This document shows positions 38,507-48,016 of a DNA stretch of 64,000 bases, in pieces. The DNA is from an uncultured bacterium (lineage in GTDB: Bacteria; Babelota; Babeliae; Babelales; Babelaceae): NCBI GenBank assembly GCA_963848965.1, contig CAWKFG010000004.1:256001-320000 (forward strand), in the 5' to 3' direction. The notes under the pieces were generated by a model. It was not told the DNA's origin, made no database searches, and saw nothing but the letters and a program-made list of their open reading frames with translations. The translations under genes were made by a program, and so were the position numbers. Every line of letters begins with the position of its first letter. Position 1 is the stretch's first letter.

Positions 38507-39488
38507 CATCACCATTCTTGGCGATGGCGCATGGGGCACTGCTTGTGCACATCTTCTTGCACACAATGGTTACACCGTTACCCTCTGGTGTTACAATGAA
38601 GAAGTAGCAGATTCCATTAAGCGTACAGGATATAATACACAGTACCTTCCTGGTATTGCATTACCCTCTTCTATTATACCAGTAACACATCTTGAAGAAG
38701 CGTTAACTAATGCTACATGGATATTTGAAGCTATCCCCGTAAAGTTTTTACGCACTATTGTATCTCACTGCACACCATATGTTTCTCAAGAGCAGATCTG
38801 GGTTATTTTAAGCAAAGGGATAGAAAATAACACACTTCTTTTGCCTTCACAGATTGTTACCGACACATTAGGTGTTACAGTACCTTTTGTTGTTCTGTCT
38901 GGTCCCAGTTTTGCTCGTGATCTTGTGCAACAACAGCCGACTGGTGTTGTGCTTGCTTCAACTAACACTATGCTCGCACAGCAGCTTGCACTGCTGCTTA
39001 ATAACCACTATTTTACCAGCACCGTAGCTCATGATATCTATGGTGTACAAGTATGTGGTGCTTTAAAAAATTGTATAGCACTAGCGCTTGGTATCCTTGA
39101 TGGAGCAGGATACTCAGATAACACTAAAGCACTTGCAGCTACTCAAGGACTGCAAGAAATAGCACTTATAGGAGAGCAGTATACAGGAACTCGCGATACC
39201 ACCTATGGATTAGCAGGTATAGGAGACCTTATTCTTACTGCATTTGGATCTCGTAGCCGTAACCGTATGATTGGAAGAGAAATTGGGCAAGGCAAAAAAG
39301 TTGAAGATATACTAGCCGTTATGCATCAAATTCCAGAAAGTATAAACACCGTACAATCAGCGTATCAACTTACCCAGAAATTCTCATTATCACTACCACT
39401 TTTTACTACTTTATACAAAATACTCTTTCAAAATATGCCAATAGAAGCGCTTATACAGGTACTTATACAAAAAAAAGCTCCCCAGTAA
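38496..39488 (+). CDS. gpsA: NAD(P)H-dependent glycerol-3-phosphate dehydrogenase
   Basis: ILGDGAWGTA, SKGIE, LSGPSFA, GALKNCIA, GIGDLILT..SRNR; probable start ATG at 38496. Confidence 0.95.
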   Translation: MGSNITILGDGAWGTACAHLLAHNGYTVTLWCYNEEVADSIKRTGYNTQYLPGIALPSSIIPVTHLEEALTNATWIFEAIPVKFLRTIVSHCTPYVSQEQIWVILSKGIENNTLLLPSQIVTDTLGVTVPFVVLSGPSFARDLVQQQPTGVVLASTNTMLAQQLALLLNNHYFTSTVAHDIYGVQVCGALKNCIALALGILDGAGYSDNTKALAATQGLQEIALIGEQYTGTRDTTYGLAGIGDLILTAFGSRSRNRMIGREIGQGKKVEDILAVMHQIPESINTVQSAYQLTQKFSLSLPLFTTLYKILFQNMPIEALIQVLIQKKAPQ

Positions 39489-39500
39489 AGAGGAGCTTTT
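39471..39500. terminator. Bidirectional terminator
   Basis: AAAAGCTCC...GGAGCTTTT between convergent genes. Confidence 0.7.
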
Positions 39501-39507
39501 AGAGCTT

Positions 39508-39858
39508 TTACTTACCGCCAAGTGCATGCTGGCCATACACAACAGCTTTTTGAAGTAACTTCCAAGCAACATAAGTCATACCACCAGTAATAACACCATG
39601 ACGTAATGTTGATTTAACGTTATCCCAGCCGCCATCACTGAACGTACTTGCAAAAGAGTGGCAGAAGTTATCTTCTCCTTTTGCAAAATGGCGAAGAGCA
39701 TGCTCTCCTGCAAAGTAAGCACATCCTACGCAGCCTGCTGCTTTAATAAGAGATGCTAAGCGATTATTACTCAGTTGTCTCCACGTTTGCTCAAAACTTT
39801 CAGCGCGTACTACTGAAAATGAAACTATTACAGCAAGCGATAAGGCTATCTTTTTCAT
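39508..39858 (-). CDS. Small exported/membrane hypothetical protein
   Basis: Signal peptide MKKIALSLAVIVSFSVVRA; two hydrophobic patches. Confidence 0.65.
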   Translation of the reverse strand: MKKIALSLAVIVSFSVVRAESFEQTWRQLSNNRLASLIKAAGCVGCAYFAGEHALRHFAKGEDNFCHSFASTFSDGGWDNVKSTLRHGVITGGMTYVAWKLLQKAVVYGQHALGGK

Positions 39859-39988
39859 AAAAATTCCCTTCTAGAAAAATAGTTAAAAAACCTTTTTTAT
39901 ATTACTATGATATACATACAAAAACAACCGTTTACCTATCCATCATGTTTAAAGTATTTCACACAATGCAAACGAGTGTTTTCTCCGA

Positions 39989-40687
39989 TTAAGCAACGGT
40001 AAGAGAGACAACAAAACTCTTCTTAAGATTAACTAACGTGCCTGGCAATGGTCTCTGCTCTTGTACTACACAAAAAGAGCACGTATGAGACTCATCAATA
40101 AGTCGTTGATGAACAACTTTTGATTGAATACCATAGCCTTTTAGAAATTTTTGTACTTCAGAGAGTTTTTTTCCCTTAAGATTGGGAAAAATTCGAATAG
40201 GTGTTATTCCTTCTGAAAAATACGCCGTAAGAGCACTATCTGCAAGCTCTTCCTGCGGCTGTGTATCTTGAGCAATACAAGTACCTTGAGGATTGATACT
40301 TTCTATAGTATACGCTTTTAACTTAGCATTGCTATCTTGCGTTATAGATAGAGCATCTTTATACGCAAGACCGTACAAGCGCGGAGCTTGTGGCTTTGGT
40401 GGCTTACGAGTAACAACAAGAAAAAGCGATTGATGCGATTTAATTTTCTGCCCTTGAGGAGGAGATTGGCTAATAACAATGCCTTCAGGAAAGTCTGGCT
40501 CTTCTTTTTCAGTTAAAATACGAGCATTAAGATGGTAGGTAGAAAGAAGCTTAATAGCATCATGAATATGCTGCCCTACTACAGAAGGAGCTTCTATACT
40601 GCTATGATCAGCAAAAAGCCTAATAAGCTGATAGCCTCCTAAAAAGCATATAAAGGGTATCATCCATAAAAAAGAGAGAACACGCAC
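39989..40687 (-). CDS. PASTA-domain membrane protein
   Basis: N-terminal TM; PSVVGQ..A..L, EGIVISQSPPQG, PNLKGK, QEQRPLPG. Confidence 0.85.
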   Translation of the reverse strand: MRVLSFLWMIPFICFLGGYQLIRLFADHSSIEAPSVVGQHIHDAIKLLSTYHLNARILTEKEEPDFPEGIVISQSPPQGQKIKSHQSLFLVVTRKPPKPQAPRLYGLAYKDALSITQDSNAKLKAYTIESINPQGTCIAQDTQPQEELADSALTAYFSEGITPIRIFPNLKGKKLSEVQKFLKGYGIQSKVVHQRLIDESHTCSFCVVQEQRPLPGTLVNLKKSFVVSLTVA

Positions 40688-40709
40688 GTTTTGACCTAAG
40701 GTAATAAAA

Positions 40710-41044
40710 GGTAGCTTATAAGCCAGATTCTGTGCTGCATAAAATTCTTATGCAGTGGCAACCATCTATCTTTGCGACATACCCGCATGTTTAAACCGGA
40801 ACGGAAAACCGAACATGCCTATTTTGTCTTGCTCCAGGTAGGGTTTACCCCCCTATAACATTGCTGCTATAGATCGTACGCTCTTACCGCACGTTTTCAC
40901 CCTTACCACATAATGTGGCGGTTATTTTCTGTGGCACTGTTCCAGAGACTTACGCCTTCCTTAGTTGCCTAAGGTACCTTTTCCGCTTGGAGTCTGGACT
41001 TTCCTCTCATTACCTCACGGTTTTGAGCGATTGCCTAAGCTACC
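40710..41044 (-). ncRNA. rnpB: RNase P RNA (bacterial)
   Basis: Minus strand: P1 GGUAGCUU...AAGCUACC, GAGGAAAGUCCAGA, AGUGCCACAGAAAA, GGUAAACCC, GGAGCAAG, ACAGAAUCUGGCUUAU. Confidence 0.96.
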
Positions 41045-41482
41045 CTTAAATAATGTATACACTAGTATTAATACTATTATAAAATGGATTACAATACTTT
41101 GCAAGCTAAACATGCAAAATAAAGGCCTATTAATAAGCCCATAATCAATAACTGCATAATGGATTAGAATCCCACATAAAGCAAGAAGAGCATGCACTAG
41201 TGGATTAAGATCTATTGTAGAACGAAGGTAAAAAGCTGCCATGGTTAAAGGAACCATAACAATAAGGTCTACTCCACAACAACCATTATAGAGAAATGAT
41301 TGAATAACAACTAAACTACCAAGAAAAAAATACTCAAAGACAGGAAGTTTTTTAAAAAGAGCCGTGTAGTACATTGAACGCGTAAAATAATAGGTAGGGC
41401 AGGCAAAAAAGCCCTGAAATACAAGGTCAAGAAAGAAAAGAAAGAGTATTTTCGCGTAATGAAGAACGAGCACCGTATACAT
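41015..41482 (-). CDS. Integral membrane protein, possibly MreD-like
   Basis: About 5 TM segments; divergent from PBP1A; last 30 nt overlap the 5' end of rnpB. Confidence 0.5.
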   Translation of the reverse strand: MYTVLVLHYAKILFLFFLDLVFQGFFACPTYYFTRSMYYTALFKKLPVFEYFFLGSLVVIQSFLYNGCCGVDLIVMVPLTMAAFYLRSTIDLNPLVHALLALCGILIHYAVIDYGLINRPLFCMFSLQSIVIHFIIVLILVYTLFKGSLGNRSKP

Positions 41483-41558
41483 AGCAATCCTATTTGCACA
41501 TATTATTAACAAATGGTATCTTTATACTATAAAGACAGAATAATAAAATCAACTCTTT

Positions 41559-43472
41559 ATGCTTCAAGCTAGAGTTCTTATGCTCAATTATATAGTACAG
41601 TTTACTTTTATCAGTCTTGCTATTACGCTCTCTACTACTTTAGGGGTACTCTTTTATATAACACAGAGCCCATGGGTAGACTTTTCTGTGCTTGAACATT
41701 ATAATCCAGGAAAACCTTCTATTGTACTTGATGATGAAGGAAAAGAGTGGACTCGCTTCCAGCTTGACAGACGCGAGCCTGTTCACATAAAAGATATACC
41801 TGATCACGTTATAAAAGCCTTTTTAGCTGCTGAAGATTGGAACTTTTTCAAGCATTCAGGTCTCTCTTTTAAAGGAATTATCCGCTCCCTCTTGGTAAAC
41901 ATTTACAATGGGCGTAAAGTACAAGGGGCAAGTACTATTACGCAACAACTCGTACGACTTCTCTATTTTGATGCTGAAAAAAGCTTTAAACGTAAAATTA
42001 AAGAGCAATTGCTTGCTATTATTGTTGAACGGCAATTTACAAAAGAGCAAATTCTTGAAACATATCTTAATCATGTCTACTTTGGCTGTGGAATTTATGG
42101 CATTGAAGCAGCAAGTCAACGTTTTTGGAACAAGCATGTTAAAGATATTTCACTTGATGAAGCGGCTGTACTTGCTTCTATTGTACAATTACCTCAGCGC
42201 TACTGCCCTTTATACCACCCCGATGCAACACTTAAGCGCCGTAATACTGTATTATTTAAAATGCGTAAACTAGAGTTTATAACACAAGCAGAGTATGATA
42301 CTGCCTACCAAAAACCTGTAAGCGTTATTAAGAATGACACTGCTACACGAGCTCCTCACCTGAAAGAAACAATTCGTCTCTTTTTAGAAGAGCTTGTTGG
42401 CAAGCATAAACTCTATTCAGGGGGCCTTAAAATACAGACTACTTTAAATCTTAAAATGCAAGAAGAAGCTGAAAGAATCTTTGCCGACTATTTTAAAAAA
42501 TTTCATGAAACAATCTCACCCCAGCTTGAAGGAGCACTACTCTCTATTGATGGATTTACTGGTGGTATTAAAGCGCTTATTGGAGGATGTAACTTTCAAC
42601 AGTCTCAATTTAACAGAGCATTAAAAGCACGACGCCAAATGGGCTCTACCTTTAAGCCCCTTGTCTATGCCACTGCGCTTGTCTGTGGCAAAAACTTTGC
42701 AGATGTTGCAATTGATGAACCAATTACGCTTATTGATAATGGACATGAATGGAGTCCTAATAATGCTAATCATAGATTTGAAGGACCGATGACGCTCGCT
42801 CGCGCCCTTATATTATCAAATAACAGTATTTCTATAAAAACATACTTAGAGGTTGGACCTGAGCGCGTTGTACACTTAGCACAACGATGTGGGATAAAAG
42901 GAGCTACTCATCCCTATCCTTCACTTGCCTTAGGATGTGTTGATGGCACACTTTCTGAAGCAGTAGTGCTCATTAATATGTTTGCTCATCAAGGAATTTT
43001 GGTAGAACCACATTGCGTAGTATGGGTCAAAGATGAATGGGGTAAGAAAATGTGGCGCTATGAAGGAACAAAAAGGCGAGTTTTAAATCCGCGCGTAAGC
43101 GGCCAAGTTGCTAAAGTACTTTCACTCTCTTTAGAAAAAGCACGCAAAAGGGCTCCTCATCAATGGCTTTCATGTGACGCTTTAGGAAAGACCGGAACAA
43201 CAAACGATGCTCGTACATGCTGGTTTACCGGCTCTACACCAGAGGTCACTACCTCTGTTTATATAGGTTGCGATGACAATAGACCTCTTGGTAAAAATGT
43301 ATTTGCTTCTAAAACATCATTTTTTATATGGCGAGATTTTACCAAAACAATTAAAAATACTATAAAAAACTTTTCTTATGATCCTGCATTACATGAGGAA
43401 ACTATACATGCTATTACTGGTCAACTTTGCTTAGCTGATGATCCGCATGCACTTACTATTTTAAAGAATTAA
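41559..43472 (+). CDS. mrcA: Class A penicillin-binding protein (PBP1A family)
   Basis: AEDWNFFKH, GASTITQQL, RKIKE, GSTFKP (SxxK), SNN, GKTGT. Confidence 0.93.
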   Translation: MLQARVLMLNYIVQFTFISLAITLSTTLGVLFYITQSPWVDFSVLEHYNPGKPSIVLDDEGKEWTRFQLDRREPVHIKDIPDHVIKAFLAAEDWNFFKHSGLSFKGIIRSLLVNIYNGRKVQGASTITQQLVRLLYFDAEKSFKRKIKEQLLAIIVERQFTKEQILETYLNHVYFGCGIYGIEAASQRFWNKHVKDISLDEAAVLASIVQLPQRYCPLYHPDATLKRRNTVLFKMRKLEFITQAEYDTAYQKPVSVIKNDTATRAPHLKETIRLFLEELVGKHKLYSGGLKIQTTLNLKMQEEAERIFADYFKKFHETISPQLEGALLSIDGFTGGIKALIGGCNFQQSQFNRALKARRQMGSTFKPLVYATALVCGKNFADVAIDEPITLIDNGHEWSPNNANHRFEGPMTLARALILSNNSISIKTYLEVGPERVVHLAQRCGIKGATHPYPSLALGCVDGTLSEAVVLINMFAHQGILVEPHCVVWVKDEWGKKMWRYEGTKRRVLNPRVSGQVAKVLSLSLEKARKRAPHQWLSCDALGKTGTTNDARTCWFTGSTPEVTTSVYIGCDDNRPLGKNVFASKTSFFIWRDFTKTIKNTIKNFSYDPALHEETIHAITGQLCLADDPHALTILKN

Positions 43473-43545
43473 AAAAATATTGCTCTTCTGACTATTGTTT
43501 TCTTATTCTTAAATAACCACACATTTAAGAGAGCAAAGGAGCATT

Positions 43546-44340
43546 ATGATACACAAAAAAAATATTTTTTTTCTTGTACTAAGTTTAGCAAACTGTATAA
43601 CTATGAGCGCACGACAAGAAGTTAAGAAAGCTTTTATTGTCTCAGGTCCTAAAAGCGGTACTCATCTTGCAGCAAAACTAGCAAAAAAACTTATGAAAGG
43701 CCGCTATAAAAATGCTACTAAATTTCATGATTTTAATATGAAAGAGATACAAAATTTATCTTCAAATACTATCTATCTAAGTCATGCTCCCTGCATTGCT
43801 AACTATACGGAATTTTTTGAAAGAGAACACATACGAGGCATTTTTATCTACAGAGATCCGCGAGATCAACTCATATCAAGTCGTCAATGGATCTACCAAC
43901 ATCCTGCTGTATGGCCAGAATTACAACATCTGCACCCTGATGACCTTCTTCTTACGCTCATCAATAACTATCCATGGGCTTACCCCTTTGGCACGAAAAG
44001 CATAAATAATACGTATCAATACTACTTATCTTGGCAAAAACATCCTTATGTGTATACAACAACGTTTGAACGGCTTGTAGGTCCTCAAGGAGGTGGTACA
44101 AGAGAAGAGCAACTTACAGAAATTTATAATATAGCAAAACATCTTAATAAAGATCTTTCGCAAGAGCAAGCAGAACAGTTAGCAAATCAGCTTTTTGGTG
44201 GGACTAATACTTTTAGAAATGGAAAAATAGGAGCATGGAAAAAAAAGAGCGGTTTTAAAGCAGTTCACAAAAGAGCCTTTAAAAAAGTAGCAGGAAAGCT
44301 TCTTATCAAACTAGGTTATGAAAAGGATCTTAATTGGTAA
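43546..44340 (+). CDS. Sulfotransferase with signal peptide (paralog 1)
   Basis: PSB loop GPKSGTHL, YRDPRDQLIS, TFERL, FRNGKIGAWK. Confidence 0.85.
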   Translation: MIHKKNIFFLVLSLANCITMSARQEVKKAFIVSGPKSGTHLAAKLAKKLMKGRYKNATKFHDFNMKEIQNLSSNTIYLSHAPCIANYTEFFEREHIRGIFIYRDPRDQLISSRQWIYQHPAVWPELQHLHPDDLLLTLINNYPWAYPFGTKSINNTYQYYLSWQKHPYVYTTTFERLVGPQGGGTREEQLTEIYNIAKHLNKDLSQEQAEQLANQLFGGTNTFRNGKIGAWKKKSGFKAVHKRAFKKVAGKLLIKLGYEKDLNW

Positions 44341-44345
44341 AATTA

Positions 44346-45374
44346 CTACAATGAAAGATGTGAGCGCAAAATAGCATAGAATTCTTGAGTATTATGCTCA
44401 AGAGCTCGCTGAGAAAATACATAAAAAAGATCTGGCCTCTGTTTTTGTAGAGCATGAGCATTATCAACTTGATGAGAAGTAGTAGCAGACTCTAATGGTA
44501 TTATAACGGAAGGCTTGCTAAAAAAGTTTAATTCAAATAAGGTACCTGCCCCTGCTCGCGCTATAACGATATCTGCAGCTTGGTAACACACATGAATATC
44601 ATGCCGATAATCAAATACAAGAGTCGGAAAAGAGGAATCTTCATAAGCTTTTTGCACATTCTTACTATCAGCACTTCCTGTTTGATGAATAACCTGTATT
44701 GAAGAATGAAGAAAGCTCGACTCTGTAAGAAATTTTAAACATGCCCTGTTTAAAAACTGTGAGCCTTGTGATCCTCCTAAAAGTAATAACGTCTTACGTT
44801 GAGGATCAAGACCTAAAGTTATGCATGCTTGAGCTTTACTCACTAGATTCTCTTTTTTAAAACGGAGAGGGTATGGCGCAACCTGAACTTTCTTAGAAGC
44901 AAAGAATGTGCATGTTTGATTAAAACATACAAGCACTTGTTGAGAAAGAGGAGCAAGCCATTGTACTGCTCTACCAGGAACAGCATTCAACTCATACGTA
45001 GTAATAGGAATGCGCAAAAGCCATCCGGCTATACATACAGGCAATGAAACATAACCTCCCATGCTTATTATCTTTTCTGGTTTTAAGCGCCACAATGTTT
45101 TTAAGCTCATAAAAAAAGCTTTTACAAATTGCCCGATAAAAAGAGGATATCTAAGAAAGCGAGAGCGCGGAAAGTTAGTAAGCGTAAGTGGTACATAAAA
45201 AGAGATATTCGTATAAAAACTGGTAATAGCTTTATCGAGGTTACTGTCTGTTGAAAAAAGAAGCACTTTATAATCAGGATTATGCTCAATAAAAGTTTGG
45301 CCATACGTTATACCTGGCACTATATGGCCACCCGATTTTCCTGCAACAATACAAAGTACTTTTTGCTTACTCAT
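44346..45374 (-). CDS. murG: Lipid II GlcNAc transferase MurG
   Basis: GKSGGHIVP, MGGYVSLP, ELNAVPG, GGSQGS, HQTG, RAGAGT, HQVDNA. Confidence 0.95.
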   Translation of the reverse strand: MSKQKVLCIVAGKSGGHIVPGITYGQTFIEHNPDYKVLLFSTDSNLDKAITSFYTNISFYVPLTLTNFPRSRFLRYPLFIGQFVKAFFMSLKTLWRLKPEKIISMGGYVSLPVCIAGWLLRIPITTYELNAVPGRAVQWLAPLSQQVLVCFNQTCTFFASKKVQVAPYPLRFKKENLVSKAQACITLGLDPQRKTLLLLGGSQGSQFLNRACLKFLTESSFLHSSIQVIHQTGSADSKNVQKAYEDSSFPTLVFDYRHDIHVCYQAADIVIARAGAGTLFELNFFSKPSVIIPLESATTSHQVDNAHALQKQRPDLFYVFSQRALEHNTQEFYAILRSHLSL

Positions 45375-45446
45375 AGTTAATATCCCTTATAGTAGTAGCT
45401 ACTCTCTTATACTACCATAAGGGATAAAGTTTACAAACTGTAGTAC

Positions 45447-46370
45447 CTATTTCTTAACAGGCTTTTTCCAACCAGTTTCCCACCAGTGAATAGCTGCAGA
45501 CTCTTGTCTACACACTTTCTGCTTAATTTCATCTTCAGTAAGCTTTCTGAATGCTCTGCTTTGTTGATAGCATCCAAGAGGATAAAAGAACGTTGCAGGA
45601 AACGCTATGTCTTTATACCCTTCTTTATTAGCATGTTTTAAAAAGAGGCTGCCAAGAAAGCCTGGTCCTGTTTTGAGCACTACTTCTTGATGTAAGAGAG
45701 TTGTAGGAGTTTTCCATCTGCTCCTTAAACCTTTTATATATGCTTTTAGTATTGGATGTCCTGGAACAGCTCCTATTATCGCATTATTTGGACCAACTAA
45801 TGTACTGTCCATAGGATGAAGACCAACATAAAAATCATAATGCTTATTAAGGACAGCAAATACTTCCGGTTTTATACATTCAAAATCCATATCAACATAG
45901 AGACCACCAAATTGGTTAAGAATCTCCATACGTAAAATATCTGCTCTTTGCCCATAGGTTTTTGCATCATCATAGAGATCACGATTAGCAAAATTAAATT
46001 TTTCTACGTCTTTATCTGTCCACAGTTTATATTCCCATCCAGGCCACTGTTTCCATGTTTTTTGCCATGCTTTATACTCTTGTGGCAGAGGGCTACCAAT
46101 CCATATTTGGTGAATAATACGAGGTATGCGATACTTAGCTTCAGTATACTCAGTAACTTTATTTCTTTCATAGAGTGAACGATAAAATGTAAGTAACTGA
46201 CCACGTAGTCCCATACGCATTTTATAATACTTGCTAAAATAGGTGTCATCCTTTCCAAGTGCATTATCAAAATCTGGTAAGTATGCCTTTTTAGGCGAAA
46301 TACTTCGTGCTTCTTGACTAGAGAGAATGCTCATAATCATAAGAAAAGTAACTTTTAAAAAGTGCTTCAT
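45447..46370 (-). CDS. GT32 (OCH1-like, DXD) glycosyltransferase with signal peptide
   Basis: IPRIIHQIWIG, WEYKLWTD, ADILRMEILNQFGGLYVDMD, KTGP, AIHWW. Confidence 0.9.
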   Translation of the reverse strand: MKHFLKVTFLMIMSILSSQEARSISPKKAYLPDFDNALGKDDTYFSKYYKMRMGLRGQLLTFYRSLYERNKVTEYTEAKYRIPRIIHQIWIGSPLPQEYKAWQKTWKQWPGWEYKLWTDKDVEKFNFANRDLYDDAKTYGQRADILRMEILNQFGGLYVDMDFECIKPEVFAVLNKHYDFYVGLHPMDSTLVGPNNAIIGAVPGHPILKAYIKGLRSRWKTPTTLLHQEVVLKTGPGFLGSLFLKHANKEGYKDIAFPATFFYPLGCYQQSRAFRKLTEDEIKQKVCRQESAAIHWWETGWKKPVKK

Positions 46371-46382
46371 AGTCTCCTTATC

Positions 46383-47312
46383 CTAATTAAATGCTTTCTT
46401 CTTTTTTGCTTTCTTTTTCCAACTTTGAGTCCACCAATGAATAGCTGCAGACTCAGGTTTTATTGCAGCTCGCTTAACGTTTTCAAAGTATTTTTGAAGA
46501 TATTCTCCTTGACGAAGTCCTAAAGGATAAAAAAGAGAAGGCGGTAATGCAATATCAATAGTAGTCTTTCCTGCATATTTCATAAATACTGTTGTAAAAA
46601 GGCCAGGGCCTGTTTTTAACACTACCTCACTATACGAACCTGTAGTTGGTTTATACCAATTTTTGCGTATTGCATGTATATACTTTTCAAGAATTGGGTG
46701 ACCTTTAACAGAACCTATAATTGCATTGTTCACGCCAAAGAGACTACAATCGACAGGCGTAATACCTGTATAAAAGTCATAGTAACGATGCAAAAGTGTA
46801 AACAGCTCTGGATTTAAACACTCAAAATCCATATCAACATAGAGCCCACCAAACTGGTTAAGAAGTTCAATACGCAAAAGATCCGCTTTCTGGCCATATG
46901 TTTTAGCTGCTTCAAAGAACTCTCTATTGACAAGCTGAAGCTCTTTTACATCTTTATCTGTCCACAATTTATATTCCCATCCTGGCCAATTTTGCCATGT
47001 TGCTTGCCACTTTTTATATCTATCAGGAAGCGGGCTACCCAACCATATCTGATGAATAATACGCGGAATATTTAATGTAGGAAAGGGTTTTATATTCAGC
47101 AGCTTATTTTTTTCATATAACTCTCTAAAAAGCTCTAAAGTCTTTGAGCGCAAAGAAAGTCGATTTTTATAATATGTATTATAGTATCTATTACCCTTAC
47201 CAAGCGAAAGATCAAAATCGGGAGAATATTTCTGTAAAAGGGATGGTACTCCAAAGGCTAGTGTTCCATAACCTACCATCATTACTAATTTTATGCTTAT
47301 AGTGTAAGCCAT
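46383..47312 (-). CDS. GT32 (OCH1-like, DXD) glycosyltransferase with N-terminal hydrophobic leader
   Basis: IPRIIHQIWLG, ADLLRIELLNQFGGLYVDMD, KTGP, AIHWW; tandem paralog of previous gene. Confidence 0.9.
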   Translation of the reverse strand: MAYTISIKLVMMVGYGTLAFGVPSLLQKYSPDFDLSLGKGNRYYNTYYKNRLSLRSKTLELFRELYEKNKLLNIKPFPTLNIPRIIHQIWLGSPLPDRYKKWQATWQNWPGWEYKLWTDKDVKELQLVNREFFEAAKTYGQKADLLRIELLNQFGGLYVDMDFECLNPELFTLLHRYYDFYTGITPVDCSLFGVNNAIIGSVKGHPILEKYIHAIRKNWYKPTTGSYSEVVLKTGPGLFTTVFMKYAGKTTIDIALPPSLFYPLGLRQGEYLQKYFENVKRAAIKPESAAIHWWTQSWKKKAKKKKAFN

Positions 47313-47337
47313 ACTACTCCTTTAATGTCTCTGGATA

Positions 47338-47982
47338 TTACTGTAATGAGTAATGTCTTAAACGATCAATTTTGCCTTTTAAGTTTTTCGTTTGAAAAAA
47401 AGCATTACAATAGGTTTTCTCTACCATTCGATTACAGTCATGCACAAATACGTCTACCTGCTTTTCACTTTTCGAAGCAAGCCTTGCTGCTGTATAAATA
47501 CTTTTCATTCGTCCAGGTGCACCAGCCCCTACACCAAGCGGAGCATCAACAAAAATTATATCCCAAGAAACAGCACTTATATGAGGAGGCAATTCGAGTT
47601 TTAAAAGGTTTTTTGATCCCTGTTCAAGTAATACCTTCCATTGATCTACATGAGTTTCATACTTTATTAAGTACGCTTCGAGAGAAGGAATTTGTTCTTT
47701 TATTCGATTAAACCATTGAACATTATTTTCTAAAAATACCGTTTTACCCCCTTTGTTTAACTCTAACCATAAACTACTATCTCTTCCTAAACCAAAAACT
47801 AACACATTACAAGGAGCTTTTTTATATATAGTTTCAGCAATAAGAGAATACTCTTGTACCGAAAGCTGGTTAGGATTATTTTTTACAAGCTCTACAATTT
47901 TCTTGTAATAGACCTGGGACAGTCCTGCAAGAGATAAAGACAAAGTACTCAAAACACCTATCCCATAAATATACTTTTTCAT
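47338..47982 (-). CDS. DUF579 polysaccharide O-methyltransferase (plant GXM/IRX15-like)
   Basis: PCNVLVFGLGRDS..W..LN.GGKTVFLE, WDIIFVDAP.G..APGRMKSIYTA, DVFVHDCNR.VE; probable start MKKYIY at 47982. Confidence 0.85.
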   Translation of the reverse strand: MKKYIYGIGVLSTLSLSLAGLSQVYYKKIVELVKNNPNQLSVQEYSLIAETIYKKAPCNVLVFGLGRDSSLWLELNKGGKTVFLENNVQWFNRIKEQIPSLEAYLIKYETHVDQWKVLLEQGSKNLLKLELPPHISAVSWDIIFVDAPLGVGAGAPGRMKSIYTAARLASKSEKQVDVFVHDCNRMVEKTYCNAFFQTKNLKGKIDRLRHYSLQ

Positions 47983-48016
47983 GTTTACCTTTCTCTTAAC
48001 ATTCTGAAAGTGTACA

